Assembly: GCA_965200315.1 (NCBI GenBank) | Contig: OZ241362.1 | Coordinates: forward strand, 2,176,001 to 2,240,000 | Source: Candidatus Latescibacterota bacterium | Lineage (GTDB): Bacteria; Latescibacterota; UBA2968; UBA8231 | Length of the DNA stretch: 64,000 nt | Direction of reading: 5' to 3' | Part shown: positions 38,959 through 47,565 of the stretch, piece after piece | Position numbering within the stretch: position 1 is the stretch's first letter | Layout: every line of letters starts with the position of its first letter | Position numbers and translations under genes: made by a program | The notes under the pieces: generated by a model | Told to the model about the DNA's origin: nothing | The model's input: the letters and a program-made list of their open reading frames with translations, nothing else | Database searches by the model: none

Positions 38959-41598
38959 CTATACCCCGCCGGTGGCAGCGAAGATGCGGACGAAGACGAT
39001 TGATTGCTTCTGGGTTTGCTCCGCGAAGAATTGGCGCTCTAGCAGGAAGCCCGCGTTCATGGTCAGCTCGTACCCTTGATAGGACGACACATTGGTCAGC
39101 AGGGCCGAAAACACGAGGCTGCGGAAGTCATCGATATAGCTCGGCGACGCCTCGGCTGGACGCTCGACCAAGTTCTCAAAGAGGCTGAATTCAACGCCGA
39201 AGTCCAAGAGCGTCTTCGGCAGGAGCACGTACTGGCCCAAAAAGAAAAAGCTCTCAGTCAGTTCGTTGGATTCCAAACCGACCAGCGCGGTGGGGGTTTC
39301 TCGCTCGTACATACTCTTCCACTTGGGATAGAGAGCGAGCCGATCGCTGGGACGGAAGGAGTAATCGGCCTTGTTAATTAGGCCCCAAAAAGAGCGGTCG
39401 CGCTTTAGGTTGGCCTGCGCACCGAGCTGATTGAAGCGCTCGTACTTCAGCTTGCCTTCGAAGTTCAGATTGGCAATGCGAAAGTAGCGGGCCTGCACGT
39501 ACAGCGAGTTAACAAAGGTATCTTGGTTGTCGAGCGGATCGGCAAAATCCGTCAGGCCGATGGGGTCGCGCCAGACGATGCGGTCCTCGGGCAAGTTGTC
39601 GGCCACTAGTTTGGCGTGTTGAAAAAGGGCCACGTCTAGCCCGGGATAGGATTTTTCCAAGGTCAGCAACCCGTAGAACGAGCGGCTCGCGCGGTCGCTG
39701 CTCAGTTGGTGCTCGGCGAGCCGGCCGACGGTCAGCCGGGAACTCTCGGTGATTTTTAAACCTCCGTACGCGTTGTACCCGCGATGGTCGCGCTCGTAGG
39801 GATAGTCGGGCAGGCGGTCGTCCTCAAAGCGGTCAATGATCGTGTTGTTGTTCATGTCCATGCCAAAGAGAAACTCCGGCGGATCGACCTGATAGCGCAG
39901 GAAAGGCTCGACGTAATCCGGGCGGCTGTTCTGGTTTTGGTTGAAGTCGGAGATAAAATCGTTGTTCTCGTCCAGCCCGGGAAAAATCTCGGTGTCGCGG
40001 CCCTGCGAGCCGCCCTCGCCGCCGAACCCCTGACTCTGGCGATAGCGTTGCCAATCTGTGTAGCGATCTTGGTCGTCGTTGTCATCGACAAACTCAAAGA
40101 GGTTTTGGGTCTCGCTGGCGTAGTCGATGACCCCACCCGGGTCGGCGATAAAGGCCGTGGTGCTGTAGTCGGGATCTATGGTGAACACCTCGCCGTACGC
40201 AAAGAAGGGGTAGCGCTGGTAAGAGGCCGTCGCGTACCCGGCTTCGGCCGTTTCCTTATAAGCGGGCAGCTTGCGGAAGTTCTGATTGGGGAAGCGGCGG
40301 AAGCGGCGATTGAGGGCCCATTCGGCCCGCAAGTCGAAGTGGGCGAGGTTGATCAGTTCCAAGTCCATGCCGATCACCTCGTGCCCGGTCGGCAGGCCGT
40401 AGGCAAAGCGCACAAAGGTCTGATTGGAGCCATCGGAGATCTCGTCGCGGGCTTGGGCCACCGGCAAGAAAACCTGCTCGCCCCGGGCATTGGTCTGGAG
40501 ATTGGAGGCGATCTCTATGCGGTAGTCATTGGACACCACCAGCTCGAATTCGAGCTTCTTGGCCTCGCGGAAAGTGCCCACTTTTTCGGTTGGGCTAAAA
40601 TCGTTGCGAATGTCGTAGATAAGCTCAATTACGTCCGAGCCGCTCACCTCCAAGATGCCCTCTCGCCGCACACCGCCGCGCACCAAGGGCACGATCTCCG
40701 GGTGCAGCTCTCCGTCGATGATCACCTGATCGACGAAAAACGAGGCCCCGGTTTCCTCGGATTCGGGCGAATCGTCGGCAATGCGGATGATGACCCGTTC
40801 GACATTGCCCGTGTTCTGCGGGCCAGTCAGCAGGCCCTTGAGCGAGTTGTCGCCGAGGCTCAGCTCGCTGCTGGTATTGGACACATTGACCCACGTCAGA
40901 CCCAGCTTGGCGAAATCGCCCACTTGGGCCACGCCGCGCGCCCCGAGCAGGCGGGTCGTGTTTTCGATCGCCGACGCTCCCCCGGCCTCGTTGAGGGCGG
41001 TAAACCCCGGCGCGTTGAGGCGCGAGCCAAGGAGGGTCAGCGCGTATTTGTCGGCGAGAAAATCCCACTGCAACCCGTTGAACGTGGGCTTGGAAAAGGT
41101 CAGGGGGGTGAGCGTCGTGCGGATGGCGTCGCCCACCGTCAGGGAAGTGTGGAACTGGCCGTGGCTGGCCGACGAGATGACGAGGCTGTCGAACCACCGG
41201 CCAAAGCGGGTGCCCTTCAACAGGGCGCTGCCTTGGCGCAGAGGACTGGTTTCAGTCCAGTCGTAGATGACCCAGCCGCGATTGATGTACTGGCCGAAGA
41301 GGTTGTAGTTGCGGGTGCCTTCGAGCAGGATGTTGACGTAGCGCTGGTAGTGGTCGCGCGCGTAGTTGCTGTACTCCCAGCCGCGCCACTGGTATTCGTA
41401 GTACAGATTCTGCGGCAAGTACCACTTGCGCCGGTTGGGCGCCAAGGCACCCGGATGGATGCGCACCCCGCGAATCCCGGGTTCCTCAACCGGCCGAAAG
41501 CCCGTAGACAGCTGGGCAAAAGCCGTGGATTCCGAGAGTATAAACGCGCACCACAACAGCAAGATCGGCCCTCTGCTACAAAGGGTTATCAGCCTCAT
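38959..41598 (-). CDS. Uncharacterised ~880-aa secreted/outer-membrane protein; paralogue of 18730-21426
   Basis: Shares WY.PQ.LY..Y.W..WEY.NYARD.YQRYV, IRTTLTP.TFSKP.F.G.Q.DF..DKY, DDNDDQDR and FGMDMNNN..IDRFE with the first copy. Confidence 0.75.
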   Translation of the reverse strand: MRLITLCSRGPILLLWCAFILSESTAFAQLSTGFRPVEEPGIRGVRIHPGALAPNRRKWYLPQNLYYEYQWRGWEYSNYARDHYQRYVNILLEGTRNYNLFGQYINRGWVIYDWTETSPLRQGSALLKGTRFGRWFDSLVISSASHGQFHTSLTVGDAIRTTLTPLTFSKPTFNGLQWDFLADKYALTLLGSRLNAPGFTALNEAGGASAIENTTRLLGARGVAQVGDFAKLGLTWVNVSNTSSELSLGDNSLKGLLTGPQNTGNVERVIIRIADDSPESEETGASFFVDQVIIDGELHPEIVPLVRGGVRREGILEVSGSDVIELIYDIRNDFSPTEKVGTFREAKKLEFELVVSNDYRIEIASNLQTNARGEQVFLPVAQARDEISDGSNQTFVRFAYGLPTGHEVIGMDLELINLAHFDLRAEWALNRRFRRFPNQNFRKLPAYKETAEAGYATASYQRYPFFAYGEVFTIDPDYSTTAFIADPGGVIDYASETQNLFEFVDDNDDQDRYTDWQRYRQSQGFGGEGGSQGRDTEIFPGLDENNDFISDFNQNQNSRPDYVEPFLRYQVDPPEFLFGMDMNNNTIIDRFEDDRLPDYPYERDHRGYNAYGGLKITESSRLTVGRLAEHQLSSDRASRSFYGLLTLEKSYPGLDVALFQHAKLVADNLPEDRIVWRDPIGLTDFADPLDNQDTFVNSLYVQARYFRIANLNFEGKLKYERFNQLGAQANLKRDRSFWGLINKADYSFRPSDRLALYPKWKSMYERETPTALVGLESNELTESFFFLGQYVLLPKTLLDFGVEFSLFENLVERPAEASPSYIDDFRSLVFSALLTNVSSYQGYELTMNAGFLLERQFFAEQTQKQSIVFVRIFAATGGV

Positions 41599-41614
41599 GA
41601 TCCAACTCCTGAGA

Positions 41615-41663
41615 CAGTGGTTAGTGGCCAGTGGTCAGTCTCTGAAACTAACTGCTGACCACT
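41615..41663. repeat. Heptamer (YAGTGGY) short tandem repeats in inverted arrangement
   Basis: CAGTGGTTAGTGGCCAGTGGTCAG...CTAACTGCTGACCACT; same family as 8789-8865. Confidence 0.6.
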
Positions 41664-41919
41664 CAAGAAAAGCGAGTGCCTTCGGCTGACAATATACGCC
41701 TCGTACCCACTGCTTACCAAGTCAGCACCGCGCTGCTGCGCTGGCAAAAACGGCATTTTCTCGCAGCAAATTTGTTTCGCCTGTATGTGCTTTTTTGTTT
41801 ATAATGTAGAATCACTTCAGCATTATCGTCTATCCGAAAGGAGGTTGCACCGCTTGCTGAACGACGATTCCATATTCCTTTTTCCTTTTTCTATTTCTTC
41901 CAATCAAGGAGCGTATAGT

Positions 41920-42831
41920 ATGAGAAAGTTCGGCTTTTTCGCCTTGTCTTGCGGGCTGGCGTGCTTGCTTAGCACGGCCGCTTTTGCCCACGTTGGCGTG
42001 ACCGTGTTCTATCCCCAAGTGCCCGATCCGGCTGCCATCACCATCGACGGCAACGACGACGACTGGGGTTGGTACGACCCAGCTCTCGCCCTCAATCAGC
42101 CCGACTTCTTCGACCGAGCCAGCGATTTCGTCGAGTTGACGGACTACGACTTCACCATCCTCAACGGTTGGTCGGCACCGCCGGACAACAAGTGGTACGG
42201 CTTTGCTCGCTTTGTCGATGACACCCTCAAGTACGATTCGCCCGTCAAGGAATGGTGGAAAGACGACTGCTTGCAGATCACCGTTGACGCCGATCACCTC
42301 GGCGGCAATATCCTCGGTTCCGACCTCGAGCAGATCGCCAATGGCCAGCGCTGGCACGTGCGCATCTTCCCGCCGGCTGGCGAGTCCCTGTTGCCCAACC
42401 AGACCTGCTTCTTCTACAGCCAGCTAGAGTTCATCGACTCCCAAGAGCTGCTGTGGGGAGTGGAGCCGGAGTTTTTCGAGGCCGCGTGGACCGTCCTGCC
42501 AGCGGGTGCCGAGAACCTGACGGTTGGCCCGGTTACGTACACCTATGAGTGGCGGGGTGCCCTGTGGGACATTTGGGGCCTAAGCGAGAGCGAGAGCACG
42601 CGGCACACGTTCGCCGAGGACGACGTGATCCACCTCGGCTATCGCCCGCTCGACGCCGACCGCCCCGGCGGTGGACGCAAGCACTCCATGTACATCAACG
42701 ACGGCAGCCAATCGCAAGACGTCGACGCCTCGCAGATGCCCGACTTCTGGGCGCTGGCGGCGACCGAGACTAACGTGGAAAACGACACTTGGGGCCACAT
42801 CAAAAACAGCATGTCCCAACGCCTCAAGTAA
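41920..42831 (+). CDS. Secreted CBM9/DOMON-like protein with short C-terminal T.VE..TWG.IK motif
   Basis: AAGGAG RBS; signal peptide MRKFG...AFA-HVG; ends TETNVENDTWGHIKNSMSQRLK. Confidence 0.72.
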   Translation: MRKFGFFALSCGLACLLSTAAFAHVGVTVFYPQVPDPAAITIDGNDDDWGWYDPALALNQPDFFDRASDFVELTDYDFTILNGWSAPPDNKWYGFARFVDDTLKYDSPVKEWWKDDCLQITVDADHLGGNILGSDLEQIANGQRWHVRIFPPAGESLLPNQTCFFYSQLEFIDSQELLWGVEPEFFEAAWTVLPAGAENLTVGPVTYTYEWRGALWDIWGLSESESTRHTFAEDDVIHLGYRPLDADRPGGGRKHSMYINDGSQSQDVDASQMPDFWALAATETNVENDTWGHIKNSMSQRLK

Positions 42832-42849
42832 CAACCCGCGGCGCACACC

Positions 42850-42886
42850 ACGAGGGAGGGGGGCAAAAGGCCCTTCTCCCTCGTTT
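42850..42886 (+). terminator. Probable intrinsic terminator hairpin
   Basis: ACGAGGGAGGGGGGC-AAAAG-GCCCTTCTCCCTCGT followed by TT, just after the stop at 42831. Confidence 0.6.
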
Positions 42887-42910
42887 CACGTTCTATCGCA
42901 ATACTTGCCA

Positions 42911-44488
42911 ATGCGTTTTTTCAACACGGCTGGTCCGGTCAAGCCGGCAAAGCACTACTGCATCGCGCCGTTGGATCGGCTGAACTTGGCCGAGATGCTT
43001 GAGCTGGTGCGGGACGAGAAGTATTTCGTGCTACACGCGCCGCGTCAGACTGGCAAGACCTCGGCCCTGCTAATGCTGCGCGACCTGCTCAATGCCGAAG
43101 AGCGCTACCGCTGCGTGTATGCCAACGTCGAGGTCGGACAGGCAGGACGGGAAGATACCCAGCGCGCTATGCAGGCGATCCTCGGCGAATTGGCCTTGCG
43201 CGCCCGGCAGGCCCTGCAAGACGAGCTCGTCGAAGAAATCTGGTTCGATGCCTTGCAGCGCTACGGTCCCGATGGGGCCCTGCGGCAGGTACTCAACCGC
43301 TGGGCGGTAGCCGACCCGACGCCGCTGGTGCTGCTGATCGACGAGATCGACTCACTCGTCGGCGACACCCTCGTATCGGTGCTGCGGCAGCTACGGGCGG
43401 GCTACGACACGCGTCCCGAGGGTTTCCCGCAGAGCGTGGTGCTGTGCGGGGTGCGCGATGTACGCGACTATCGCATTCAATCAACCGCCGAGAACGCCAT
43501 CATCACCGGTGGCAGCGCATTTAACATCAAAGCCGAATCGCTACGGCTGGGTGCGTTCAGCGCGGAGGAGGTGCAAACGCTGTTGGCACAGCACACGGAA
43601 GAGACCGGACAGGTGTTTGCCGACGACGCGCAGCACACCATCTGGGAACTGACTCAAGGGCAGCCGTGGCTGGTCAACGCTTTGGCGTATGAAGCTTGCT
43701 TTAAGAACGAGGCCGGGCGAGACCGGAGTCGTTCCATTGACGCCGCGGCGATCTGGGCGGCGCGGGAACAGCTCATTGCACGGCGCGAGACGCATCTGGA
43801 TCAGCTAGCCGACAAGCTCAAGGAGGAGCGCGTGCGGCGCGTGGTCGAGCCGCTGTTGAGCGGTGGCCAACAACGCCACTTTGCCGACCGCGACGTGGAG
43901 TATGTGCGCGATCTGGGGCTGGTCGCTTACGACCCGCCGTATCGCATCGCCAATCCGATCTACGCGGAGGTGGTGCCGCGCGAACTGACGTGGGTGGTGC
44001 AAGAGGAGTTTGAGCAAGAAACCGCTTGGTATGTGGATGCTGAAGGCGGGTTGGACGTGGGCAAGTTGCTGGCGGCGTTCCAAGCATTTTTCCGCGAGCA
44101 CTCGGAGCACTGGGTGGAGCGATTCCAGTACAAGGAAGCGGGGCCGCAACTGCTACTTCAGGCCTTTTTGCAGCGGATCGTCAACAGCGGCGGTCGGATA
44201 GAGCGGGAATATGGGTTGGGTCGGATGCGGACGGATTTGCTGATCGTGTGGCCGCAGGGCGATCAGATGCTTAAAGTTGTGATCGAATGCAAAATTCTGC
44301 ACAAGAGCTTGGAGCAGACGAAGGCCGAGGGATTGGAGCAGACAGCGGCCTGCATGGATCGCTGCGGGGCCGAGGCGGGTCATCTGGTAATTTTCGACCG
44401 GCGGGCAGGGCGGCGGTGGGACGACAAGGTGTTCCACTGTCGCCGGGAGTCGGATAGTGGAGTGGTGATTGAGGTGTGGGGGATGTGA
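42911..44488 (+). CDS. AAA-family P-loop ATPase with C-terminal PD-(D/E)XK nuclease-like domain
   Basis: MRFFNTAGP start; APRQTGKT Walker A; LLIDEID Walker B; REYGLGRMRTDL...VIECK. Confidence 0.88.
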   Translation: MRFFNTAGPVKPAKHYCIAPLDRLNLAEMLELVRDEKYFVLHAPRQTGKTSALLMLRDLLNAEERYRCVYANVEVGQAGREDTQRAMQAILGELALRARQALQDELVEEIWFDALQRYGPDGALRQVLNRWAVADPTPLVLLIDEIDSLVGDTLVSVLRQLRAGYDTRPEGFPQSVVLCGVRDVRDYRIQSTAENAIITGGSAFNIKAESLRLGAFSAEEVQTLLAQHTEETGQVFADDAQHTIWELTQGQPWLVNALAYEACFKNEAGRDRSRSIDAAAIWAAREQLIARRETHLDQLADKLKEERVRRVVEPLLSGGQQRHFADRDVEYVRDLGLVAYDPPYRIANPIYAEVVPRELTWVVQEEFEQETAWYVDAEGGLDVGKLLAAFQAFFREHSEHWVERFQYKEAGPQLLLQAFLQRIVNSGGRIEREYGLGRMRTDLLIVWPQGDQMLKVVIECKILHKSLEQTKAEGLEQTAACMDRCGAEAGHLVIFDRRAGRRWDDKVFHCRRESDSGVVIEVWGM

Positions 44489-44489
44489 G

Positions 44490-44645
44490 ACCGAACCCCG
44501 TGTAGCCGACCCCGGTCGCGGTAAACCACTAGTGCCAGATACGTTTCTTGGCGTTTGACGTATCTGGCTCCTATTAACCGCAGTGAACAAGCGGCCCTGA
44601 CGAGACGCCCGCGATCCTACGAGGCTCTGAGCCGAGTGAGAGACC
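44490..44645 (-). ncRNA. Candidate structured non-coding RNA (long rod, possibly 6S-like)
   Basis: Perfect 11-bp stem 44534-44544/44558-44568; further pairings GCGGT/ACCGC and an outer GAGCCTCGTAG/CTACACGGGGTTC stem whose G-U pairs favour the minus strand; no ORF. Confidence 0.4.
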
Positions 44646-44774
44646 AAAACCCTAGTTTGAGAATGCTTCTAAGACATCGAGAAACCGCCGAAAATGGCCG
44701 AAATCAAAAAATGTGATAAAACCCTAGCCTGCGAGGAAGGTGGGAGCCTTTTTTACTCTTCCTTGTTGCGTCGG

Positions 44775-46781
44775 ATGCGATGGGCGCTGTTGGCTTGTGC
44801 CGCGCTGATGTGTAGTCCCGGGGCGGCGCAAGAGTGGTGGCAACTCGGCGGGCAGGGCGGCGTTTCGCCGGCGGACGTGGCGGATTTCAGCCTGATGATA
44901 GACAACGCAGCCGCTTCCCACGCACTCCAGCCCTTTGAACTCGACCCGAGCGAAAACATCTTGCCCCAGCTCGGCCCTTGGCAGCGCTGGCGCTTTCCCA
45001 CCGACCCGCAATTCCGCCCCGGCCATCCGCGCTTTTGGACGGACATCAACCACAACGTCCTGTACAAGGCCACGGAAACCTTTCTCTTCGTCGATGGGGA
45101 CTCGACCACGTACGTGGAGCGACGCGACGATAAGCAGATTTTCTATACCATTGACTTGGGCACTCAAGTGCCGGTAGAGCGCTTTGTATTTTTTCCGCCC
45201 GAAGGCGTCAGCCCCGAAAGCGACGAGCCTTTCAAGCCCAATTACATCCTCAAGTCCTATAGTCTGACGGCCGCCCAAGCCGAGACCGGCATTATGCAAG
45301 AAGAAATAGAGCGCGGGTTCGTCTGGCGGGGCGATGGGCCGTGCTGCCCGCTGGCCATCCCCCTCGGCTACGAGGAGCGCAATGCCGACGCGGAGACCGA
45401 AATCGCGTTTCCCACGCAATACCTCCGCTTCTTCCGCCTAATCGCCATTCCCGACGGATTCACCCTGTACGGCGATCCCATTGTCACGCGCTCGGCCTTT
45501 GCCGAGATGGAAATCTATGGCCGGGGCTTCGCTCCGCAGGCGACCTATGAGTCGCAGATCATAGACTTGGGGCGGGAAGTCAACTTCGGACAGGTGCGCT
45601 TGTCGGTGAGCAGATGGCGCAAGGACGGGGAGCAACTGCTGCCGTCCGGCGGCCCAACCCGCGCCCAAGTGGAAATTCGCACCGGGCGCGACGACACCCC
45701 AACAGCTTATTTCGGCTTTGACGATCTGGGTGCCCATGTAGAGGTGACCAAGAAGCAATGGGATCGACTAATACCTCTAGAGACGCGCGGCGCAACCATA
45801 GCGGTCGGCTTCCGCGGTCCGGTGGCCGAGGATCTGAAAAACTGGAGCTTCTGGTCGCTGCCGTTGGCGGACTCGGGCCAACATCCGCGCCTGCCGTGGG
45901 GCCGCTACTTCCAATTGCGCGTACAGCTAGCAACAGACGCGCTGTGGGAATTTGCCCGCCTCGATTCCCTGCAAATCGAGATCGCGCCCCTGCTGGCCGA
46001 CCGGGTCGTCGGCGAGATCGTCCTCGCGGCGGAACCTCACCCCCAAGGCGGACAAGTGCGCGTCCCAACGGGCGAGCAAACCCCATTCACGTACGACCTA
46101 GGCGTGGAATTTGCCAGCGCGGACCGCATCGGCTGCGACGCCGTGCGCATCTCAGCACCAGCGGAAGCCGCATTTCGCTATCTGGAGATGGGCGACCCGC
46201 TCAGCGTTGTAGAGCCGGATAGCCTGCGGCGTGAGGCAAGCGGCTTTGTGCTGTTCTTGCCGCGCCCCCTGCATCCGAGCGGCGATCAGCGGCTGCGCAT
46301 CGGCCTCGAAGCCGTGCTGTACGGCGAGGCCGGCGAATTTGGCGGCGAGGTTTTCAACCGCAGCGAGCCCAGCCTGTTGCAGCGCGTCGAAGGAGGAGAC
46401 GTCAGCGCGGAGCTAGGCTCCAACCAGTTGCTCGTCGTAGCGTCTGCCGCCTCCACGGGTGGGGTGCTGGGAGACATTGAGGCCGGCAGCGGCGCGTTTA
46501 CCCCCCAAGGCGACGGCGTAAACGACCTGTTGTCCATCCAATACACCCTTTTCCGGGTGCGGGAGTCGTCTCAAGTGCAGGTTGGCGTGTATGCGCTCGA
46601 TGGGCGGCCGATATGGGCAGCGGATCCAAAGGTGCTGGGCGCAGGACGCCATGCAGTGCTTTGGGATGGCCGGGACGCGGCCGGGCAGTTGGTTCCCGTA
46701 GGCGTGTACTTGGCGCGAGTGGAAGTGGAAACGGATAAGGGGCAAGAGGTGCGGATGCAGCCAGTGGCCGTGGCGTACTAG
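44775..46781 (+). CDS. Secreted discoidin-like / FlgD-Ig type B CTD-like protein, short form
   Basis: Signal peptide MRWALLAC; FVDGDSTT, IDLGTQVPVER, SQIIDLG, WSFWS and AFTPQGDGVND...WDGRD motifs; ends AVAY. Confidence 0.8.
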   Translation: MRWALLACAALMCSPGAAQEWWQLGGQGGVSPADVADFSLMIDNAAASHALQPFELDPSENILPQLGPWQRWRFPTDPQFRPGHPRFWTDINHNVLYKATETFLFVDGDSTTYVERRDDKQIFYTIDLGTQVPVERFVFFPPEGVSPESDEPFKPNYILKSYSLTAAQAETGIMQEEIERGFVWRGDGPCCPLAIPLGYEERNADAETEIAFPTQYLRFFRLIAIPDGFTLYGDPIVTRSAFAEMEIYGRGFAPQATYESQIIDLGREVNFGQVRLSVSRWRKDGEQLLPSGGPTRAQVEIRTGRDDTPTAYFGFDDLGAHVEVTKKQWDRLIPLETRGATIAVGFRGPVAEDLKNWSFWSLPLADSGQHPRLPWGRYFQLRVQLATDALWEFARLDSLQIEIAPLLADRVVGEIVLAAEPHPQGGQVRVPTGEQTPFTYDLGVEFASADRIGCDAVRISAPAEAAFRYLEMGDPLSVVEPDSLRREASGFVLFLPRPLHPSGDQRLRIGLEAVLYGEAGEFGGEVFNRSEPSLLQRVEGGDVSAELGSNQLLVVASAASTGGVLGDIEAGSGAFTPQGDGVNDLLSIQYTLFRVRESSQVQVGVYALDGRPIWAADPKVLGAGRHAVLWDGRDAAGQLVPVGVYLARVEVETDKGQEVRMQPVAVAY

Positions 46782-46844
46782 GAACAGCTTGATTCTCAAG
46801 GCATTTTGACTTTATATAGGCGGCGGCTTGTCTTATCCATACCA

Positions 46845-46878
46845 TTCTGCGCCCTTATGCGTCCATCTGCGGATCATC
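46845..46878. repeat. Dispersed short repeat TGCGYCCATCTGCGGATYATC (copy 1 of 3)
   Basis: Also at 54083-54106 and 56973-56996, all intergenic. Confidence 0.65.
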
Positions 46879-46949
46879 GCATGAATGATGTAGGGCTGCT
46901 ATATCTCTCACCCTCGTATCGAACAACCTGAGTAAACAAGGAGAGCTAC

Positions 46950-47555
46950 ATGGTACCACCATGGAACGTAATTGGTAAAGCCGTCGAGACAATTGCTAAA
47001 GTCGCCCCGGCAATAGTCGCAGCCGCCAAGCCTTTCATTAGTAGGTCCGAGCCTGACAATGACGAAGAACAACGCCGAGAACATGAAAAGCAACTCGAAC
47101 ATGAGCTCGAAGAACAACGCCGAGAACATGAAAAGCAACTCAAACATGAGCTCGAAGAACAACGCCGAGAACATGAAAAGCTCGAAGAACAACGCCGAGA
47201 ACATGAAAAGCTCGAAGAACAACGCCGAGAACATGAAAAGCAACTCGAACATGAGCTCGAAGAACAACGCCGAGAACATGAAAAGCAACTCGAACATGAG
47301 CAGCGAAAACGCAAAAAGCAAGTGATAGCAATAGGAGTAGTGTGTCTTATTCTAAGCTTAGTAATTGGCTCTGTTACTTGGTACGGCCTCCAACCCAGCC
47401 AACCTAGTGAGCAGATAGTCGCGCTTGAAGAACTCGAGAAGTACGAAAAGGCACGGGATGCTGGTCTCCAAGCCCTAGAAGATTATGTCATTAACAACCC
47501 GAACAGTCCGTATATTTCCCAAGCAAAAGATCAAATTCGGGCTTATCAAAGATAA
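46950..47555 (+). CDS. Membrane-anchored tandem-repeat coiled-coil protein
   Basis: AAGGAG RBS; EEQRREHEK(QLEHE)L repeats, basic cluster, one TM helix, C-terminal ..NNPNSPY.. helical hairpin. Confidence 0.75.
   Translation: MVPPWNVIGKAVETIAKVAPAIVAAAKPFISRSEPDNDEEQRREHEKQLEHELEEQRREHEKQLKHELEEQRREHEKLEEQRREHEKLEEQRREHEKQLEHELEEQRREHEKQLEHEQRKRKKQVIAIGVVCLILSLVIGSVTWYGLQPSQPSEQIVALEELEKYEKARDAGLQALEDYVINNPNSPYISQAKDQIRAYQR
47064..47300 (+). repeat. In-frame minisatellite of 45-bp and 30-bp units (45,45,30,30,45,42)
   Basis: GAAGAACAACGCCGAGAACATGAAAAG core repeated 6 times. Confidence 0.95.
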
Positions 47556-47565
47556 GGAGTAGTCT

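Noticed and set aside
39784-41658. Long antisense ORFs (also 3995-5530, 14250-15251, 18760-19917)
   Set aside because: Typical shadow frames of GC-rich genes; no motifs; lie opposite well-supported CDSs.
42671-42910. N-terminal extension of the AAA ORF in the track
   Set aside because: Overlaps the previous gene and its terminator; the family-typical start is MRFFNTAGP at 42911.
44597-44650. CTGACGAG resembling a hammerhead ribozyme core
   Set aside because: No properly placed stem II followed by GAAA and no cleavage-site helix could be built.
47064-47300. Regular repeats resembling a CRISPR array
   Set aside because: No unique spacers; unit lengths are multiples of 3 within an ORF; no cas genes in the window.
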